Shown here piece by piece: positions 15,470 through 25,866 of a DNA stretch of 38,496 nt. The DNA lies in IMG/VR virus record IMGVR_UViG_3300045988_142547. The stretch is one strand, 5' to 3'. This DNA comes from a virus. The notes under the pieces are model-generated. The model was given only the letters and a program-made list of their open reading frames with translations. It did not search any database and was not told where the DNA came from. Position 1 is the first letter of the stretch; the number at the start of each line of letters is the position of its first letter. The position numbers were made by a program, and so were the translations under genes.

Positions 15470-18400
15470 ATGGCATTAACCTTGGAGCAGGTCCAAGTGC
15501 TGATTAAAGCTGAGACGGGTCCTTATAAAAAGGCTCTGAAAGAAATTCAGAATCAAACCGATAATGCTCAGAAGGTGGTAAACCAAAAGGTAGGCGGCAT
15601 GAATGAAACGTTCTCTAAAATAGGGAACGCCATAAAAATTGCAGCTATTACTGGGGCACTATATAAAGTAGGTAGTTACGGGACTCAGATGGCTTTGGAA
15701 GTCAGCGCGGCTATGAACCAAATCAAGCGGACCATGGGAGAGAGCTCGCAGTCGTTCTTGAAGTGGGCCGATAATGGAGCCATCGCTTACAATATCGCAA
15801 AGGCAGACGCCTTGAAGTATGGAGCGGTATACTCCAATTTGTTTAGTAACTTTATCAAGGATTCAGACCAATTGGCTGGCTATACTGTGAAAATGCTTGA
15901 GGCGTCTTCAGTCATTGCCAGCGCTACTGGTCGAACGATGGACGATGTAATGAACCGAATCCGAAGCGGTATGCTCGGTAGTACTGAAGCCATTGAGGAC
16001 CTTGGAATCAATGTGAATGTAGCTATGTTAGAAGCCACGGACGCGTTCCAGCAATTCGCGAACGGTCGTTCCTGGGCTCAGCTAGATTTCAATACACAAC
16101 AAGCCATCCGCATGATGGCTATCCTGGAGCAAGCATCGAAAAAATACGGGACGACTCTCATGCAGGGTCCGACCACGAGTCTTGCTTACTTTGTAGCGCT
16201 GTTAAAAAATAGCGCGCTTAATATCGGGAATGCATTTCTCCCGATTCTTAATGCTATGATGCCAGCTCTGAACACGTTTGCTTCATTCTTGAATACAGCA
16301 ACGAGTGCCCTTGCTACGTTTACTCAGCTCTTATTCGGTAAGACTGTAAATACGAGCGGTGGCTTAGGTGGAGCCATGAGCGGAGTGCAGGATGCTGCAG
16401 GCGGTATCGCCGACAACCTGGGCGATGCTGGAACTGGTGCCGGTAAGCTGGGCGATGGTATCGGTAAAGCTGGGAAAGCTGCCAAGCAGGCAGCAAAGGA
16501 AATGCTTGGACTTCTAAAATTTGACGAGATTAACTCGCTGAGCAAAAAAGCTGCTGGCGGCGGAGATGATGACTCCGGCGGTGGTGGCGGAGGCGGCGGC
16601 GGAGGCGGCGGTGGTGGCCGTGGGGGCGGAGCTCCTGGCGGTGGCGCACTAACTCTTCCAAAGGTGTCGTTTTCTGATGCATTCAATGAAGAGGACTCGG
16701 GTCCTATCGTTAAATTTTTAGAAAAACTCAAAGAATTGTTACAGCCTACAATCGAGGCGCTGGGTCGACTAGCGGAAGCACTGGAGCCATTGAAGCAATT
16801 TGTGGCCACTGCACTCATTGATTTTTATGAGCGCTTTTTAGTTCCGGTAGGGTCCTGGGTCCTAGGGGAAGGGCTGCCACGATTCATTGATATTATCACT
16901 AAAACCTTGAATAATATTGACTTCCCTAAAATCAACGAAGCGCTCCGTCAGTTTTGGGACGCCTTAGCTCCATTCTCGATTACTATCGGGGAAGGCTTGC
17001 TGTGGTTCTTGGATAATGTAATGAGCCCATTAGTGAGTTACACGATTTCGGATATCGTTCCGGAGTTTATTCGTGGACTAGCTGGTGCGGTTAAAATTGC
17101 GGACGGTGTATTGCGTGGAGCTGGTGACGCGTTTGCGTGGTTGTTCGATAGTTTCTTAGCTCCGATTGCACAGTGGACCGGTGGGGTCATTGTTGAAGTC
17201 CTTAAGCGACTAGCCGATGCGCTCCAAGTCATTGGGGATTGGTGCAAGAATAATACAGGGGTCATCTCCGGAATCACTAAAGTTGTTGGTGCGTTTTGGG
17301 GAGCATGGAAGGTCATGCAGTTCGCTGCGTACATTGAGCAGCTCGGAGGATTAGGCGCTGTATTTGTCACTCTGAAGAATGCCCTGGTCGGATTATCAAT
17401 CGGGAACTTGAAGTCGTTTGGTGAGTCGTTGTATCTAACGGCCCTATATGCGAAGGACTTTGTTGTCAATAGCGCGAGCATGATTGGTAGCTTAGTGGCG
17501 CAAGGCTGGCAGTGGGTAACCACTGCAGGGTCCATGGCACTTCACACGGCTGCATCGACTGCTGCTGCTGCTGCAACGTGGCTACTGAATGGAGCGCTCG
17601 CGGTCCTAACCAGTCCGATTACATTAGTTATTGCGGCCATCGCTGCATTGGTAGCGATTGGGATTGCGTTGATTGCGAACTGGGATACTGTGTCACAGGT
17701 AGCGACTCAAGTATGGCAGGCCATCTGTGATTTCATCGGTGGGGTATGTAATGCCATCGGTCAGTTCTTTGCTCAGTTATGGCAGGGCATTGTTGATGTG
17801 TTCAGTCAAGCTCCAGCCTGGTTCGGTACTGTATTTAAGCAGGCATGGGATGCAATTGTTAATATCTTCAAATCGTTAGGTCAATGGTATCTTCAAAGAT
17901 GGCAGGATGTGATAAACGCCTTGAGTGGTGTCGCATCATGGTTTGGCAACATGTTCCGTCAAGCATGGACGTTAGTGACTGGCATATTCGCTGGCATCGG
18001 TTCATGGTTCGGAGCTCGCTGGCATGATGTGACGAGTATCTTGGGCGGTGTCGCTTCCTGGTTCGGTGGAATCTTCCGCAGTGCATATAGTGCAGTACAG
18101 GGAGCGTTCAGTGGCATCGGGTCATTCTTCAGTGGCGTGTGGTCCACTGTGAAGGGTATCTTTGTTAATGCCGGACAAATGATTGGGTCAGCAGTTGGAG
18201 GTGCGTTCCGTGGAGCCGTGAATGCTGTTCTTGGAACGATTGAAAATGTAGTAAATGGATTTATTGGCATGATTAATGGTGTTATTGGTCTAATCAATAA
18301 AATCCCAGGTGTATCGCTCGGAAGCATTCCGTATGTGAATCTGCCACGACTCGCTCGTGGGGGTATCGTTGACAGTGCCACTCTCGCAATCGTGGGGGAA

Positions 18401-18622
18401 GCCGGACGAGAAGCCGTTATGCCATTAGAAAATAACACAGGCTGGATTACTGATTTAGCTGGTAAGGTCGCAGCTCGTATGCCGGAAGGCTCGGGCGGTG
18501 GTAATGCTCCGGTAATCAGAGAGCTAGTGCTTAAGGTCGGGGATGATGAGTTCGGTCGTTGGACGATTGATAAAATCAACCAGGCACAGGCGCAAGCTGG
18601 CCGCTTGTTATTGAATGTTTAG
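15470..18622 (+). CDS. Tape measure protein
   Basis: 1050 aa, the largest gene. Has hydrophobic/helical segments, a glycine run and C-terminal W/F-G tandem repeats (ASWFGNMFRQAW.., GSWFGARW.., ASWFGGIFRSAY..). Follows the G/G-T chaperones. Confidence 0.9.
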   Translation: MALTLEQVQVLIKAETGPYKKALKEIQNQTDNAQKVVNQKVGGMNETFSKIGNAIKIAAITGALYKVGSYGTQMALEVSAAMNQIKRTMGESSQSFLKWADNGAIAYNIAKADALKYGAVYSNLFSNFIKDSDQLAGYTVKMLEASSVIASATGRTMDDVMNRIRSGMLGSTEAIEDLGINVNVAMLEATDAFQQFANGRSWAQLDFNTQQAIRMMAILEQASKKYGTTLMQGPTTSLAYFVALLKNSALNIGNAFLPILNAMMPALNTFASFLNTATSALATFTQLLFGKTVNTSGGLGGAMSGVQDAAGGIADNLGDAGTGAGKLGDGIGKAGKAAKQAAKEMLGLLKFDEINSLSKKAAGGGDDDSGGGGGGGGGGGGGGRGGGAPGGGALTLPKVSFSDAFNEEDSGPIVKFLEKLKELLQPTIEALGRLAEALEPLKQFVATALIDFYERFLVPVGSWVLGEGLPRFIDIITKTLNNIDFPKINEALRQFWDALAPFSITIGEGLLWFLDNVMSPLVSYTISDIVPEFIRGLAGAVKIADGVLRGAGDAFAWLFDSFLAPIAQWTGGVIVEVLKRLADALQVIGDWCKNNTGVISGITKVVGAFWGAWKVMQFAAYIEQLGGLGAVFVTLKNALVGLSIGNLKSFGESLYLTALYAKDFVVNSASMIGSLVAQGWQWVTTAGSMALHTAASTAAAAATWLLNGALAVLTSPITLVIAAIAALVAIGIALIANWDTVSQVATQVWQAICDFIGGVCNAIGQFFAQLWQGIVDVFSQAPAWFGTVFKQAWDAIVNIFKSLGQWYLQRWQDVINALSGVASWFGNMFRQAWTLVTGIFAGIGSWFGARWHDVTSILGGVASWFGGIFRSAYSAVQGAFSGIGSFFSGVWSTVKGIFVNAGQMIGSAVGGAFRGAVNAVLGTIENVVNGFIGMINGVIGLINKIPGVSLGSIPYVNLPRLARGGIVDSATLAIVGEAGREAVMPLENNTGWITDLAGKVAARMPEGSGGGNAPVIRELVLKVGDDEFGRWTIDKINQAQAQAGRLLLNV
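16577..16618 (+). repeat. Uninterrupted glycine-codon run (GGN x 13-14) inside the tape measure gene
   Basis: ggcggtggtggcggaggcggcggcggaggcggcggtggtggc. It creates the spurious poly-Pro ORF on the minus strand (16324..16818). Confidence 0.9.
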
Positions 18623-18638
18623 AAAGGAGCACGATTGA

Positions 18639-18986
18639 ATGTCGTTGATAATTAACGGGGTGACGGTTGTTGCTCCTAAATCTTTCAAAGTTTCCATCTC
18701 GGATGTGGATGGTGAGACGGGTCGTAATGCTCGAGGGGACATGGTCCGGGACCGTGTCGCTGTAAAAAGAAAGCTCGAGTGTGAGTGGGGTCTATTATCC
18801 CAGGCAGAAATGTCAACCTTGTTGAAAGCTGTAAAAAGTGAATTTTTCACGGTCAGCTATCCGGACCCCGAAGTGGGGATTGTTAGTCGAACTTTTTATG
18901 TCGGAGACCGAAGCGCTCCGGCTTACTCCTGGGCTAATAACTTGAAGCCTTGGAGCGGTTTAAGTATGAATTTCATTGAAAGGTAG
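18639..18986 (+). CDS. Small tail protein at the distal-tail (Dit) position
   Basis: 115 aa, RBS AAAGGAG, immediately downstream of the tape measure gene. It is shorter than classical Dit proteins, so the role is tentative. Confidence 0.4.
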   Translation: MSLIINGVTVVAPKSFKVSISDVDGETGRNARGDMVRDRVAVKRKLECEWGLLSQAEMSTLLKAVKSEFFTVSYPDPEVGIVSRTFYVGDRSAPAYSWANNLKPWSGLSMNFIER

Positions 18987-18989
18987 GCG

Positions 18990-20957
18990 GTGCGCATGTA
19001 TCAAGTAACGGATGAATATAAAGAAGCCATCCAGGCTGCGGCTCGCACTTTTAAGTGCAGGCTAGAAATACAAGGCACTGAATACACTGAAAGTGACATC
19101 ATCTCTATCGACTTGGACGATGGTCTAGCCACTGGGGATAAATTTCTCCCTGGTGGTGGATTCGTTAATACGCTGCAGATTGAAATCGGGCGGATTGTGG
19201 AAGGCCTGCAGGAAGGCTCCAAATGTAAAGCGTTCATCTCGATAAATGTTCATGACGATCATTACGAGTCCATCCCGTTGGGCGTGTTCTATGCGAAGGA
19301 CATCGTATTAAATCGAAATAGTAAGCGTACTAAAATAACAGCAGTTGATGGAATGGACCGTTTGAATGGTCCATTCGTCAGCTCGTTGGATTATCCATCG
19401 AATACCAGGGCTATTGTAGAAGAAATTGCCAGGATTGCTGAGTTGGAGCTTGCTCCTAATCTGCTGGTTGCTGATTATCCGGTCCAGGTAAAAATGGATA
19501 AGGTGACGGTCCGTGAAGCACTGGTATACATTGCCCAATTAAATGGCAGCTTTGTTCGATTCGACCGTTTGGGTCGACTTGAATTTATCCTGCTTACGAA
19601 CTCGAACCGCCGCGTTCCAAAGTCAAACTATTATCTGAATGGACTTGAAAAAAACGAGGTCCTTTACCGTGTGAATGGTGCAAGTAATGAAATAACCGGA
19701 GAGGGGAATAAAAAAGTCGTGTTCCATGAAGGGTCCACGACCGGTAATATTATTACCTTTAAAAATCCGCTCATGACCCAGGCTATCCTAAGCCGGGTAT
19801 ATAATGAGTATCGTGATTTCAACTTCTACCCGTACACATTAAAGTGGCAGGGGGACATGGCAATCCTATCCGGGGAATGGCTCAGCGTTGAGTCTTACGA
19901 TGGCCAGTTCGTGGCTCTGCCGATTTTCTCTCAGAAGATTTCATTTCGTGGTGGCTTAAGTGTCACTTCGAGTGGTAAATCTGCTACGGTCAGCCAGGGC
20001 ACGAAAGAGTACCGGGGTACGCTAACGCAGCAAGTGGAGTACCTTAATGCCATGATTACCAGTCAAGGTAATGTGTTTTCGGATATCACTGAGCCGGTCG
20101 AACCTAAAAACGGGGACACCTGGTTTAAGCCGAACGGTGGCTATGTGGAACTTTACGAACGGCAGAATGGCGAATGGGTCAAAAAAGCGGACACGGCAGA
20201 CATGGAACGAATCATTCAAACCATGACTACCGATGAAGTGATTGCTAAAAAAATCAGCGCTGCGGTCGCTCAGATTATTGAGCTTAATGCGAATAAAATC
20301 GTGGCCGGGTCCATCGACTTGAATCGAGTGCGTGTGGTCCAGGGCACCAAGGAAATATTGGGCGTGCGTGATGGCAAGGTGTTCATCGATACTTCTTCCA
20401 TCGAGGACTTTAAAAAACCATTGAAGGACCTTGAGGATAAGCTGACCGCGAAAATCGAAGCGAAAATTGATAAAGGTATCACTGAGGACCAGTTGAAGCT
20501 GCTTAGGGACCAAAACCTGGTAATCGCCCAGGAACTAAAAGCGAAAGCGAGCCTTGAGACCACTATCGAGTGGCGTGCTAAATTTGACGCCCTGGTAAAT
20601 GCTAGGGAAGAAGATAAAAAGCAAGCTGAGCGTGACCTGGTCGAATTATCACAGCGCATGGTCGGAATCCAGGCGGACCTTGGAGCAATGAGTGCGGTAT
20701 GGAGTACGGTGGACCGGAACATGCGTTTTGGTAATGAGGGGCTATCTATCGGGAACCCACAAAGCGATACTTCGGTACTGATTACGGATGACCGAATTTC
20801 TCTAATTAGTGCAGGTAAGGAAGTTATGAGTATCTCGCAAGGGGTCATTCATATCGATAACGGGGTATTTACGAAATCGATTCAAATCGGTTATTATATT
20901 GAATCTCAGTATAATGTGAACCCTAAATTTAATGTAATACGGTATGTGGGACCGTAA
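18990..20957 (+). CDS. Tail-associated (Tal-like) tail tip / minor structural protein with a C-terminal coiled coil
   Basis: 655 aa. Called from position after tape measure and Dit. Has a coiled-coil stretch (KPLKDLEDKLTAKIEAKIDK...REEDKKQAERDLVELSQR). The start is GTG 18990 or ATG 18996. Confidence 0.6.
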   Translation: MRMYQVTDEYKEAIQAAARTFKCRLEIQGTEYTESDIISIDLDDGLATGDKFLPGGGFVNTLQIEIGRIVEGLQEGSKCKAFISINVHDDHYESIPLGVFYAKDIVLNRNSKRTKITAVDGMDRLNGPFVSSLDYPSNTRAIVEEIARIAELELAPNLLVADYPVQVKMDKVTVREALVYIAQLNGSFVRFDRLGRLEFILLTNSNRRVPKSNYYLNGLEKNEVLYRVNGASNEITGEGNKKVVFHEGSTTGNIITFKNPLMTQAILSRVYNEYRDFNFYPYTLKWQGDMAILSGEWLSVESYDGQFVALPIFSQKISFRGGLSVTSSGKSATVSQGTKEYRGTLTQQVEYLNAMITSQGNVFSDITEPVEPKNGDTWFKPNGGYVELYERQNGEWVKKADTADMERIIQTMTTDEVIAKKISAAVAQIIELNANKIVAGSIDLNRVRVVQGTKEILGVRDGKVFIDTSSIEDFKKPLKDLEDKLTAKIEAKIDKGITEDQLKLLRDQNLVIAQELKAKASLETTIEWRAKFDALVNAREEDKKQAERDLVELSQRMVGIQADLGAMSAVWSTVDRNMRFGNEGLSIGNPQSDTSVLITDDRISLISAGKEVMSISQGVIHIDNGVFTKSIQIGYYIESQYNVNPKFNVIRYVGP

Positions 20958-20972
20958 GGAAGGAGGAGTTGA

Positions 20973-23027
20973 ATGGCTTATAAATATTTTAGTGGTAACT
21001 GGCAGGCCTATGTTGAGTACAATGTTAAAACCAAAAGCCAGGACCGGGTCAGCAATTTAACGACTGCCACGGTCGATGTATATATCGGGAATGACCCCGG
21101 CGGATATGAAATCGACTTTCCGAACACTTACGGGGCCTATTTTAATGTACGAATCGCCGGCATTACTAAGTGGCTGTACATCGGTTCATTGTATATCGCC
21201 GGTAGTAAGAAGTATTTAGGTTCTTTAGAATTTACGTTCCCGAATGACGATGACGGGGCTGCCACTCGTAATGTCGAAGTGTGGAGTGTAGATACAGAAG
21301 GCATCGCTTATGGTGAATGGGTCCTTGGGTCAGTATCTGCCAGCACGAGTGTTGATTTTCCTAAAATTCCACGAATGTCACAAATCGCAAGTGTGAGCGG
21401 TGGCCGCCGCTTAGGTAGTGAAGTGACTGTTACGTTGGATAAAAAAATTGAGTCTTTCACGCACCAGGTATGGTACAAAGTGTGGGGTTCTGATTGGATT
21501 GATGTAGGGTCCGGACTAGGTACCACGATTAAGTTCACGCCTGCGGTCGAGCATGCTGCGCGTAATATTAACGCCATGACTGGCACGCTTGATTTATGCA
21601 TCCGCACTTATGATGGCAACAATCAAATCGGGTCGGATGTGTATAAGTATGGATACGACATCGGGCTGCCTGCTGGTACTCAGCCTAAGCTGGCCGGAAT
21701 TGAGCTAACCGATAAAGCGAAAGCCACAAAGGACATAGTGGGTAAAAATATTTTTGTTCAGACCTTTTCGGAAATGATGTGTAAGTTCTTAGGATTCGAG
21801 GGCACTTACGGGTCCACCTTAAAAGGCTATTATGCAGAAGTGGTAGGTCAGAAAAATGTAATCACTAAGGACGGCGCTGCTTTTAATATATTCAAGAATC
21901 ACGGTAATTTCGAAGTGAGGGCCTATATCACGGACAGCCGTGGTCTGACTTCTAATGTGGTCACTGTTCCGATTCAAGTGCTGCAGTACTTTGCGCCGGT
22001 TATTGAGTTTTCAGTGGTCCGAAGCGGTGGCGACCTGCAGACTCTTACGGTCCGCAGAAATATTCGAATCGCTCCACTCATTGTGAATGGTGTTCAGAAA
22101 AATACACTGAAGCTAAAGTTTCAGGTAAAACCTGCGAATGATGGCTACTTCTCAGATAATGCTGGGGGTGGGATTACTTCTTCCACGGTCCATACGTTGA
22201 CGAATTCAAACGCGGACCTGGTCGGGAAATTCTCAGCGGCATCATCTTGGGAGGTCCATGGTATCATTTCGGATGCATATACTGAAGCTAAGTTCACGGC
22301 TCCGATTGTGGGTCCGGAGCGAGTAGTCATGTGTAAGGCTCCAAATGGCGTGGGTATTAACAAAGTGTGGGAACGTGGCGCGCTTGATGTGGGTGGCGAT
22401 ATCTACTCAAATGGGGAGCTGGTCCAAGTCGGGAAGCTCACGCAGCCTAATGGTAAATCATTAAAAATTACCGGGTCAGCGAATGATTTCATGAAGACCG
22501 GTTTGTACTATTCCCACAATATGGACGACCTGCCGGATGGACTGAATATGTATCAAAAGTACGGTTATTTACAAGTGAATACTCATCCGGATGATGCGAG
22601 TTTTGCCCTGCAGATTTATATTCCGCATAATACGGACATTATGTTCATGCGGCGTAAAACGAACTATGGCTGGCAGAAGTGGGTTCAGTTCACTCCGAGC
22701 GATAGTTCGACCACTCTTAAATGGACCGATGCTGCATTAACAAGTGGCTGGAGGAATACAATCGACTATGGCGCTGTGCAATTCTCGAAGTCAGTTGATG
22801 GCACTGTGTACTTCCGTGGAACTGCTAGGGGTGGAAATACCACGCAGGAGACGGTCATCTTTACGCTCCCGGAAGGATACAGACCCGGGAAGCAGTTGTA
22901 TTTATCTGCGTTGAATAATAGTTACGGTGTAGCCATCTTAAGCATTCGATCTGATGGCGCTGTAGTGGTAAAATCGAATGTTGATTCGCAATGGTTAAAT
23001 TTCGATAATGTCAACTTTAGAATTTAG
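20973..23027 (+). CDS. Large tail fibre / receptor-binding protein candidate
   Basis: 684 aa, strong RBS GGAAGGAGG. It is the last large structural gene before the lysis cassette. No specific motif recognised. Confidence 0.55.
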   Translation: MAYKYFSGNWQAYVEYNVKTKSQDRVSNLTTATVDVYIGNDPGGYEIDFPNTYGAYFNVRIAGITKWLYIGSLYIAGSKKYLGSLEFTFPNDDDGAATRNVEVWSVDTEGIAYGEWVLGSVSASTSVDFPKIPRMSQIASVSGGRRLGSEVTVTLDKKIESFTHQVWYKVWGSDWIDVGSGLGTTIKFTPAVEHAARNINAMTGTLDLCIRTYDGNNQIGSDVYKYGYDIGLPAGTQPKLAGIELTDKAKATKDIVGKNIFVQTFSEMMCKFLGFEGTYGSTLKGYYAEVVGQKNVITKDGAAFNIFKNHGNFEVRAYITDSRGLTSNVVTVPIQVLQYFAPVIEFSVVRSGGDLQTLTVRRNIRIAPLIVNGVQKNTLKLKFQVKPANDGYFSDNAGGGITSSTVHTLTNSNADLVGKFSAASSWEVHGIISDAYTEAKFTAPIVGPERVVMCKAPNGVGINKVWERGALDVGGDIYSNGELVQVGKLTQPNGKSLKITGSANDFMKTGLYYSHNMDDLPDGLNMYQKYGYLQVNTHPDDASFALQIYIPHNTDIMFMRRKTNYGWQKWVQFTPSDSSTTLKWTDAALTSGWRNTIDYGAVQFSKSVDGTVYFRGTARGGNTTQETVIFTLPEGYRPGKQLYLSALNNSYGVAILSIRSDGAVVVKSNVDSQWLNFDNVNFRI

Positions 23028-23037
23028 GAGGTAATGT

Positions 23038-23331
23038 ATGGTCACGATCGATTTAGAAAAATTGAACCGTGTGTCATCCGAGTTCGATACGCAGTTGGAA
23101 TCGCTGCAGGAAGCGGTGGATGAGCTATACGGTAAAAAAGCGGTGTTAGAATCTCAATTAAAAAATGTGGATTCTAAAATTACAGAAAAAATCAACGAAA
23201 TGTCAGCCATCCAATTAAGCAAGCTAGACCTTGCTAATGCGATGGAATGGTTGAAAGAGCACGCGGAGCCTGGTGGGGCTGCTGCCGAAGTGGGGGGGAG
23301 TCTGAATGATGAAAAAATACAGAGCCATTAA
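23038..23331 (+). CDS. Hypothetical coiled-coil protein (97 aa)
   Basis: RBS TAGGAGG. Heptad-like sequence. Confidence 0.5.
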   Translation: MVTIDLEKLNRVSSEFDTQLESLQEAVDELYGKKAVLESQLKNVDSKITEKINEMSAIQLSKLDLANAMEWLKEHAEPGGAAAEVGGSLNDEKIQSH

Positions 23332-23349
23332 CGCACCCGGTGTTTTAAT

Positions 23350-23760
23350 GTGTTAGCTCCCTGGGTTTCTGACGCAGTATTAATTGCGTTAATTGGTGGG
23401 ACGGTCAGTGTGGTCACTGCTTATATGTCCAACCAAGCAAAAAAGAACGCTGACGATATTCTTCGGGAGCTGTCTAAAATGGCCGGGCGCATCGAAGAAG
23501 TGAAAGCGGAAGTTGCGGAATCTAAAAAAGAAATAAAGGAAGTAAAAGGTATCGGATTGGATAATCGCAGCGGTATTAAAAATACACAGCGTTATCGTCT
23601 TTATGCCGATATGAAAGCGGAGTTGCAGCGCGGTTACACTACTGTGAGCCATGCTGCAGAAATTGGTAAGCTGTTCGAGTCATATACCCATCTCGGGGGG
23701 AATGGTGAGATTCAGGACTTACATGCATTATATTTAAAATTACCGGTCAAACCGGACTAA
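23350..23760 (+). CDS. Membrane-anchored protein (N-terminal TM plus coiled coil); possible holin-associated or lysis accessory protein
   Basis: 136 aa. TM segment VLIALIGGTVSVVTAYM. The GTG start has no clear RBS, so the start is uncertain. Confidence 0.4.
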   Translation: MLAPWVSDAVLIALIGGTVSVVTAYMSNQAKKNADDILRELSKMAGRIEEVKAEVAESKKEIKEVKGIGLDNRSGIKNTQRYRLYADMKAELQRGYTTVSHAAEIGKLFESYTHLGGNGEIQDLHALYLKLPVKPD

Positions 23761-23781
23761 TCAGAAAAGGGGTTTATTATT

Positions 23782-24141
23782 ATGCTAAATTTATACGATT
23801 CATTAATTCAAGGTGTTGTTAGCGTGCTAGCGATTCTCATTACTATCTTATTCACTGGGTTGCGTGGATATCTTCAGACTAAAGTTAGCGCGTTGAAAGC
23901 TAAAACTGAAGCTCGCAATTATGAGCTTGCGAAAAATATTACAACTACAGTAGTAGAAGCGGTTGAGCAAATCTTCCGCCATGTGGCCGATGCTGGTGGC
24001 AAGGAAAAATTCGAAGCTGCAGAGCGTTTGGTCATTGCTGAGCTAGAAAAAGCCGGAATCACTTTAGATGCGGAATCTCGCAAGGCGTTAATTGAAGCTG
24101 CTGTTAATGGCATGAACTCATTGAAAAATATTGAAGGTTAA
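23782..24141 (+). CDS. Holin, LL-H family-like
   Basis: 119 aa. A single N-terminal TM segment (VVSVLAILITILFTGL) is followed by a long amphipathic helical tail, as in Holin_LLH proteins of Lactobacillales phages. Lies in the lysis region. Confidence 0.6.
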   Translation: MLNLYDSLIQGVVSVLAILITILFTGLRGYLQTKVSALKAKTEARNYELAKNITTTVVEAVEQIFRHVADAGGKEKFEAAERLVIAELEKAGITLDAESRKALIEAAVNGMNSLKNIEG

Positions 24142-24194
24142 AAATTCGAAGGGGGCTCTTTGTGGGCCCTTTTCTATTTTGAAAGGAGGAGCGC

Positions 24195-25844
24195 ATGGAA
24201 AAAGTAATTAAAAAGCATTTAACTATTTCTTCAGCTAATCGTGAAGCTGATAAATTGTGGCATGAAATTTACAGTAAGGATAAAGGCACGGCTGCGTTTA
24301 AGTTTACTGTGGATGAGTTGACCGCGACCAAAGTTCTATGCTTGTTCTATTTCAAAAATACAAAGCGTTATAAAACCATCGAAGCTGCCATTGATGGCAA
24401 TACCATTACAGTGCCATTCGATAGTTCTTTAATCGTTGAAAGCGAGCCGGTCATCGGTTATATCTATTTTGAAAAAGTGGAGCAATCGATGGATGTTTAC
24501 TCGTTTACATTTAACGTGAAAGTGAGCGCGATTGATACAGCCCAGGAGGCTCCACTCGTTGAGCGAGTGACGGGTCGTTTGGTTGATGTCGATAGTATCG
24601 TAACGAAGCAAGAACTCGATGAGCTGTTTGCAAAAATCAAAGCGCAAGGCGGCACTTATGATGATACTGGTCTACGGTCTGAAATCCACCAAATCTCAGC
24701 CGATGTGGAATCATTAAAATCAAGAACCGATAATGATACGGTGTATGACGATAGCGCTTTGAAGCAGCGAGTGGAAGCCTTGGAAAATAGACCGAGCGTT
24801 GATGTGAGTCAGCTCGCTACCAAGGAAGAATTAAGAACCATCTCTCTTACTCCAGGACCAAAAGGAGACAAAGGTGAGCCTGGTGAGCGTGGTCCACAAG
24901 GTGCCCCTGGGCAACAAGGCGAACGCGGTCCACAGGGTGATGTAGGTCCTAGAGGAGCGGACGGTGTTCCGGGTCCTACGGGTCCACAGGGTCCTACAGG
25001 TCAGCAGGGCGTTCCTGGTCCACAAGGTCTACAAGGAGCCACGGGCGAAACTGGCCCAAGGGGTGCCGATGGTTTGCCTGGTCCGGTAGGTCCAGCAGGT
25101 CCAGCGGGTCCAGCGGGTCCTGTCGGGTTAACTGGTCCAAAAGGAGCGGACGGCGTGGGTATTCCACAAAAAATCAGTATCGCTGGTAATGTGGTGACCT
25201 TATCGGATGGCGGCGGAAGCATTACACTTCCGAGTGCTGCAGCGGCTCCTAGTGGAACGCCTGGGCAAGTGAATGAGTATGAAATCCACGGCACTGGCAT
25301 GCCTAATGGGAAGGTAGCGGCTCCTGTCGGGACTACTTATGTGGATACTGCTGTGACTAATGGCGCTCTTAAATGGATTAAAATGAAGGGTAATGATAAC
25401 CGTGGATGGGAGATTCTAATCGGTGATACTGGCTGGCGTACACTCAATATTTCATCTAAGTTCGGAGCTTCGTTCCTAAAAGTTAAACGTCAAAATAACA
25501 CGGTCACCTATCAGTTTGGGGGGCTTTCTTGGGGCTGGTTCGGGATTGTCCGCCGTGGCGGTCCTGGTTACAGCATCCAGCCGTCTGATAAAGAAAGAAA
25601 TGTGTTCATTCTCGGACTGAGCGGTGTTCCAGTGGGATTCCGTTCCGAAGGTTCATTGATTGGACCTATCTACAACGATAAAGGGATTCAATATGGGACG
25701 TGGTACTTGGGCGGAAATGGTGACAGTAATATGCTGCGTTTCCAGTTCACGGACCCAGTGCCTACCGATAGGGACATCGGGGATATCCGTGTAAGTCAAA
25801 TCATGTATCTAACGAGCGAGCCTTGGCCTGAGCGCTTGCCGTAA
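24195..25844 (+). CDS. Collagen-like tail fibre protein (BppU-N-like N-terminus, 34 Gly-X-Y triplets, globular C-terminal domain)
   Basis: 549 aa, [28 protein letters not shown]...[22 protein letters not shown] gives uninterrupted G-X-Y. The N-terminal ~115 aa resemble the Ig-like BppU_N pattern (weak, by eye). Confidence 0.7.
   Translation: MEKVIKKHLTISSANREADKLWHEIYSKDKGTAAFKFTVDELTATKVLCLFYFKNTKRYKTIEAAIDGNTITVPFDSSLIVESEPVIGYIYFEKVEQSMDVYSFTFNVKVSAIDTAQEAPLVERVTGRLVDVDSIVTKQELDELFAKIKAQGGTYDDTGLRSEIHQISADVESLKSRTDNDTVYDDSALKQRVEALENRPSVDVSQLATKEELRTISLTPGPKGDKGEPGERGPQGAPGQQGERGPQGDVGPRGADGVPGPTGPQGPTGQQGVPGPQGLQGATGETGPRGADGLPGPVGPAGPAGPAGPVGLTGPKGADGVGIPQKISIAGNVVTLSDGGGSITLPSAAAAPSGTPGQVNEYEIHGTGMPNGKVAAPVGTTYVDTAVTNGALKWIKMKGNDNRGWEILIGDTGWRTLNISSKFGASFLKVKRQNNTVTYQFGGLSWGWFGIVRRGGPGYSIQPSDKERNVFILGLSGVPVGFRSEGSLIGPIYNDKGIQYGTWYLGGNGDSNMLRFQFTDPVPTDRDIGDIRVSQIMYLTSEPWPERLP
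24855..25160 (+). repeat. Collagen triple-helix repeat coding region (34 x G-X-Y), including a 9-nt tandem repeat ggtccagc(a/g) x3
   Basis: Read directly from the translation and DNA. Locally dense in GGTCC because of GGT-CCN codon pairs. Confidence 0.9.
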
Positions 25845-25866
25845 TTAAAGGAGGAAATATATAAAT

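Noticed and set aside
16324-16818. 164-aa minus-strand ORF with a poly-proline run
   Set aside because: It is the reverse complement of the glycine-codon run in the tape measure gene, so it is an artefact of low-complexity sequence.
23329-23352. ORF 23038..23331 and ORF 23350..23760 are in the same frame, separated by a single TAA, suggesting stop-codon read-through
   Set aside because: Same-frame adjacency has a 1 in 3 chance. I saw no read-through context or downstream structure. It is noted only because the 23350 GTG start lacks an RBS.
24142-24194. Hairpin gggc-tctttgtgg-gccc plus a T-rich tail after the holin gene, as a terminator
   Set aside because: The stem is only 4-5 bp and the T tract is interrupted, which is too weak to call. 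It is mentioned only as a possible boundary of the inserted collagen-like gene.
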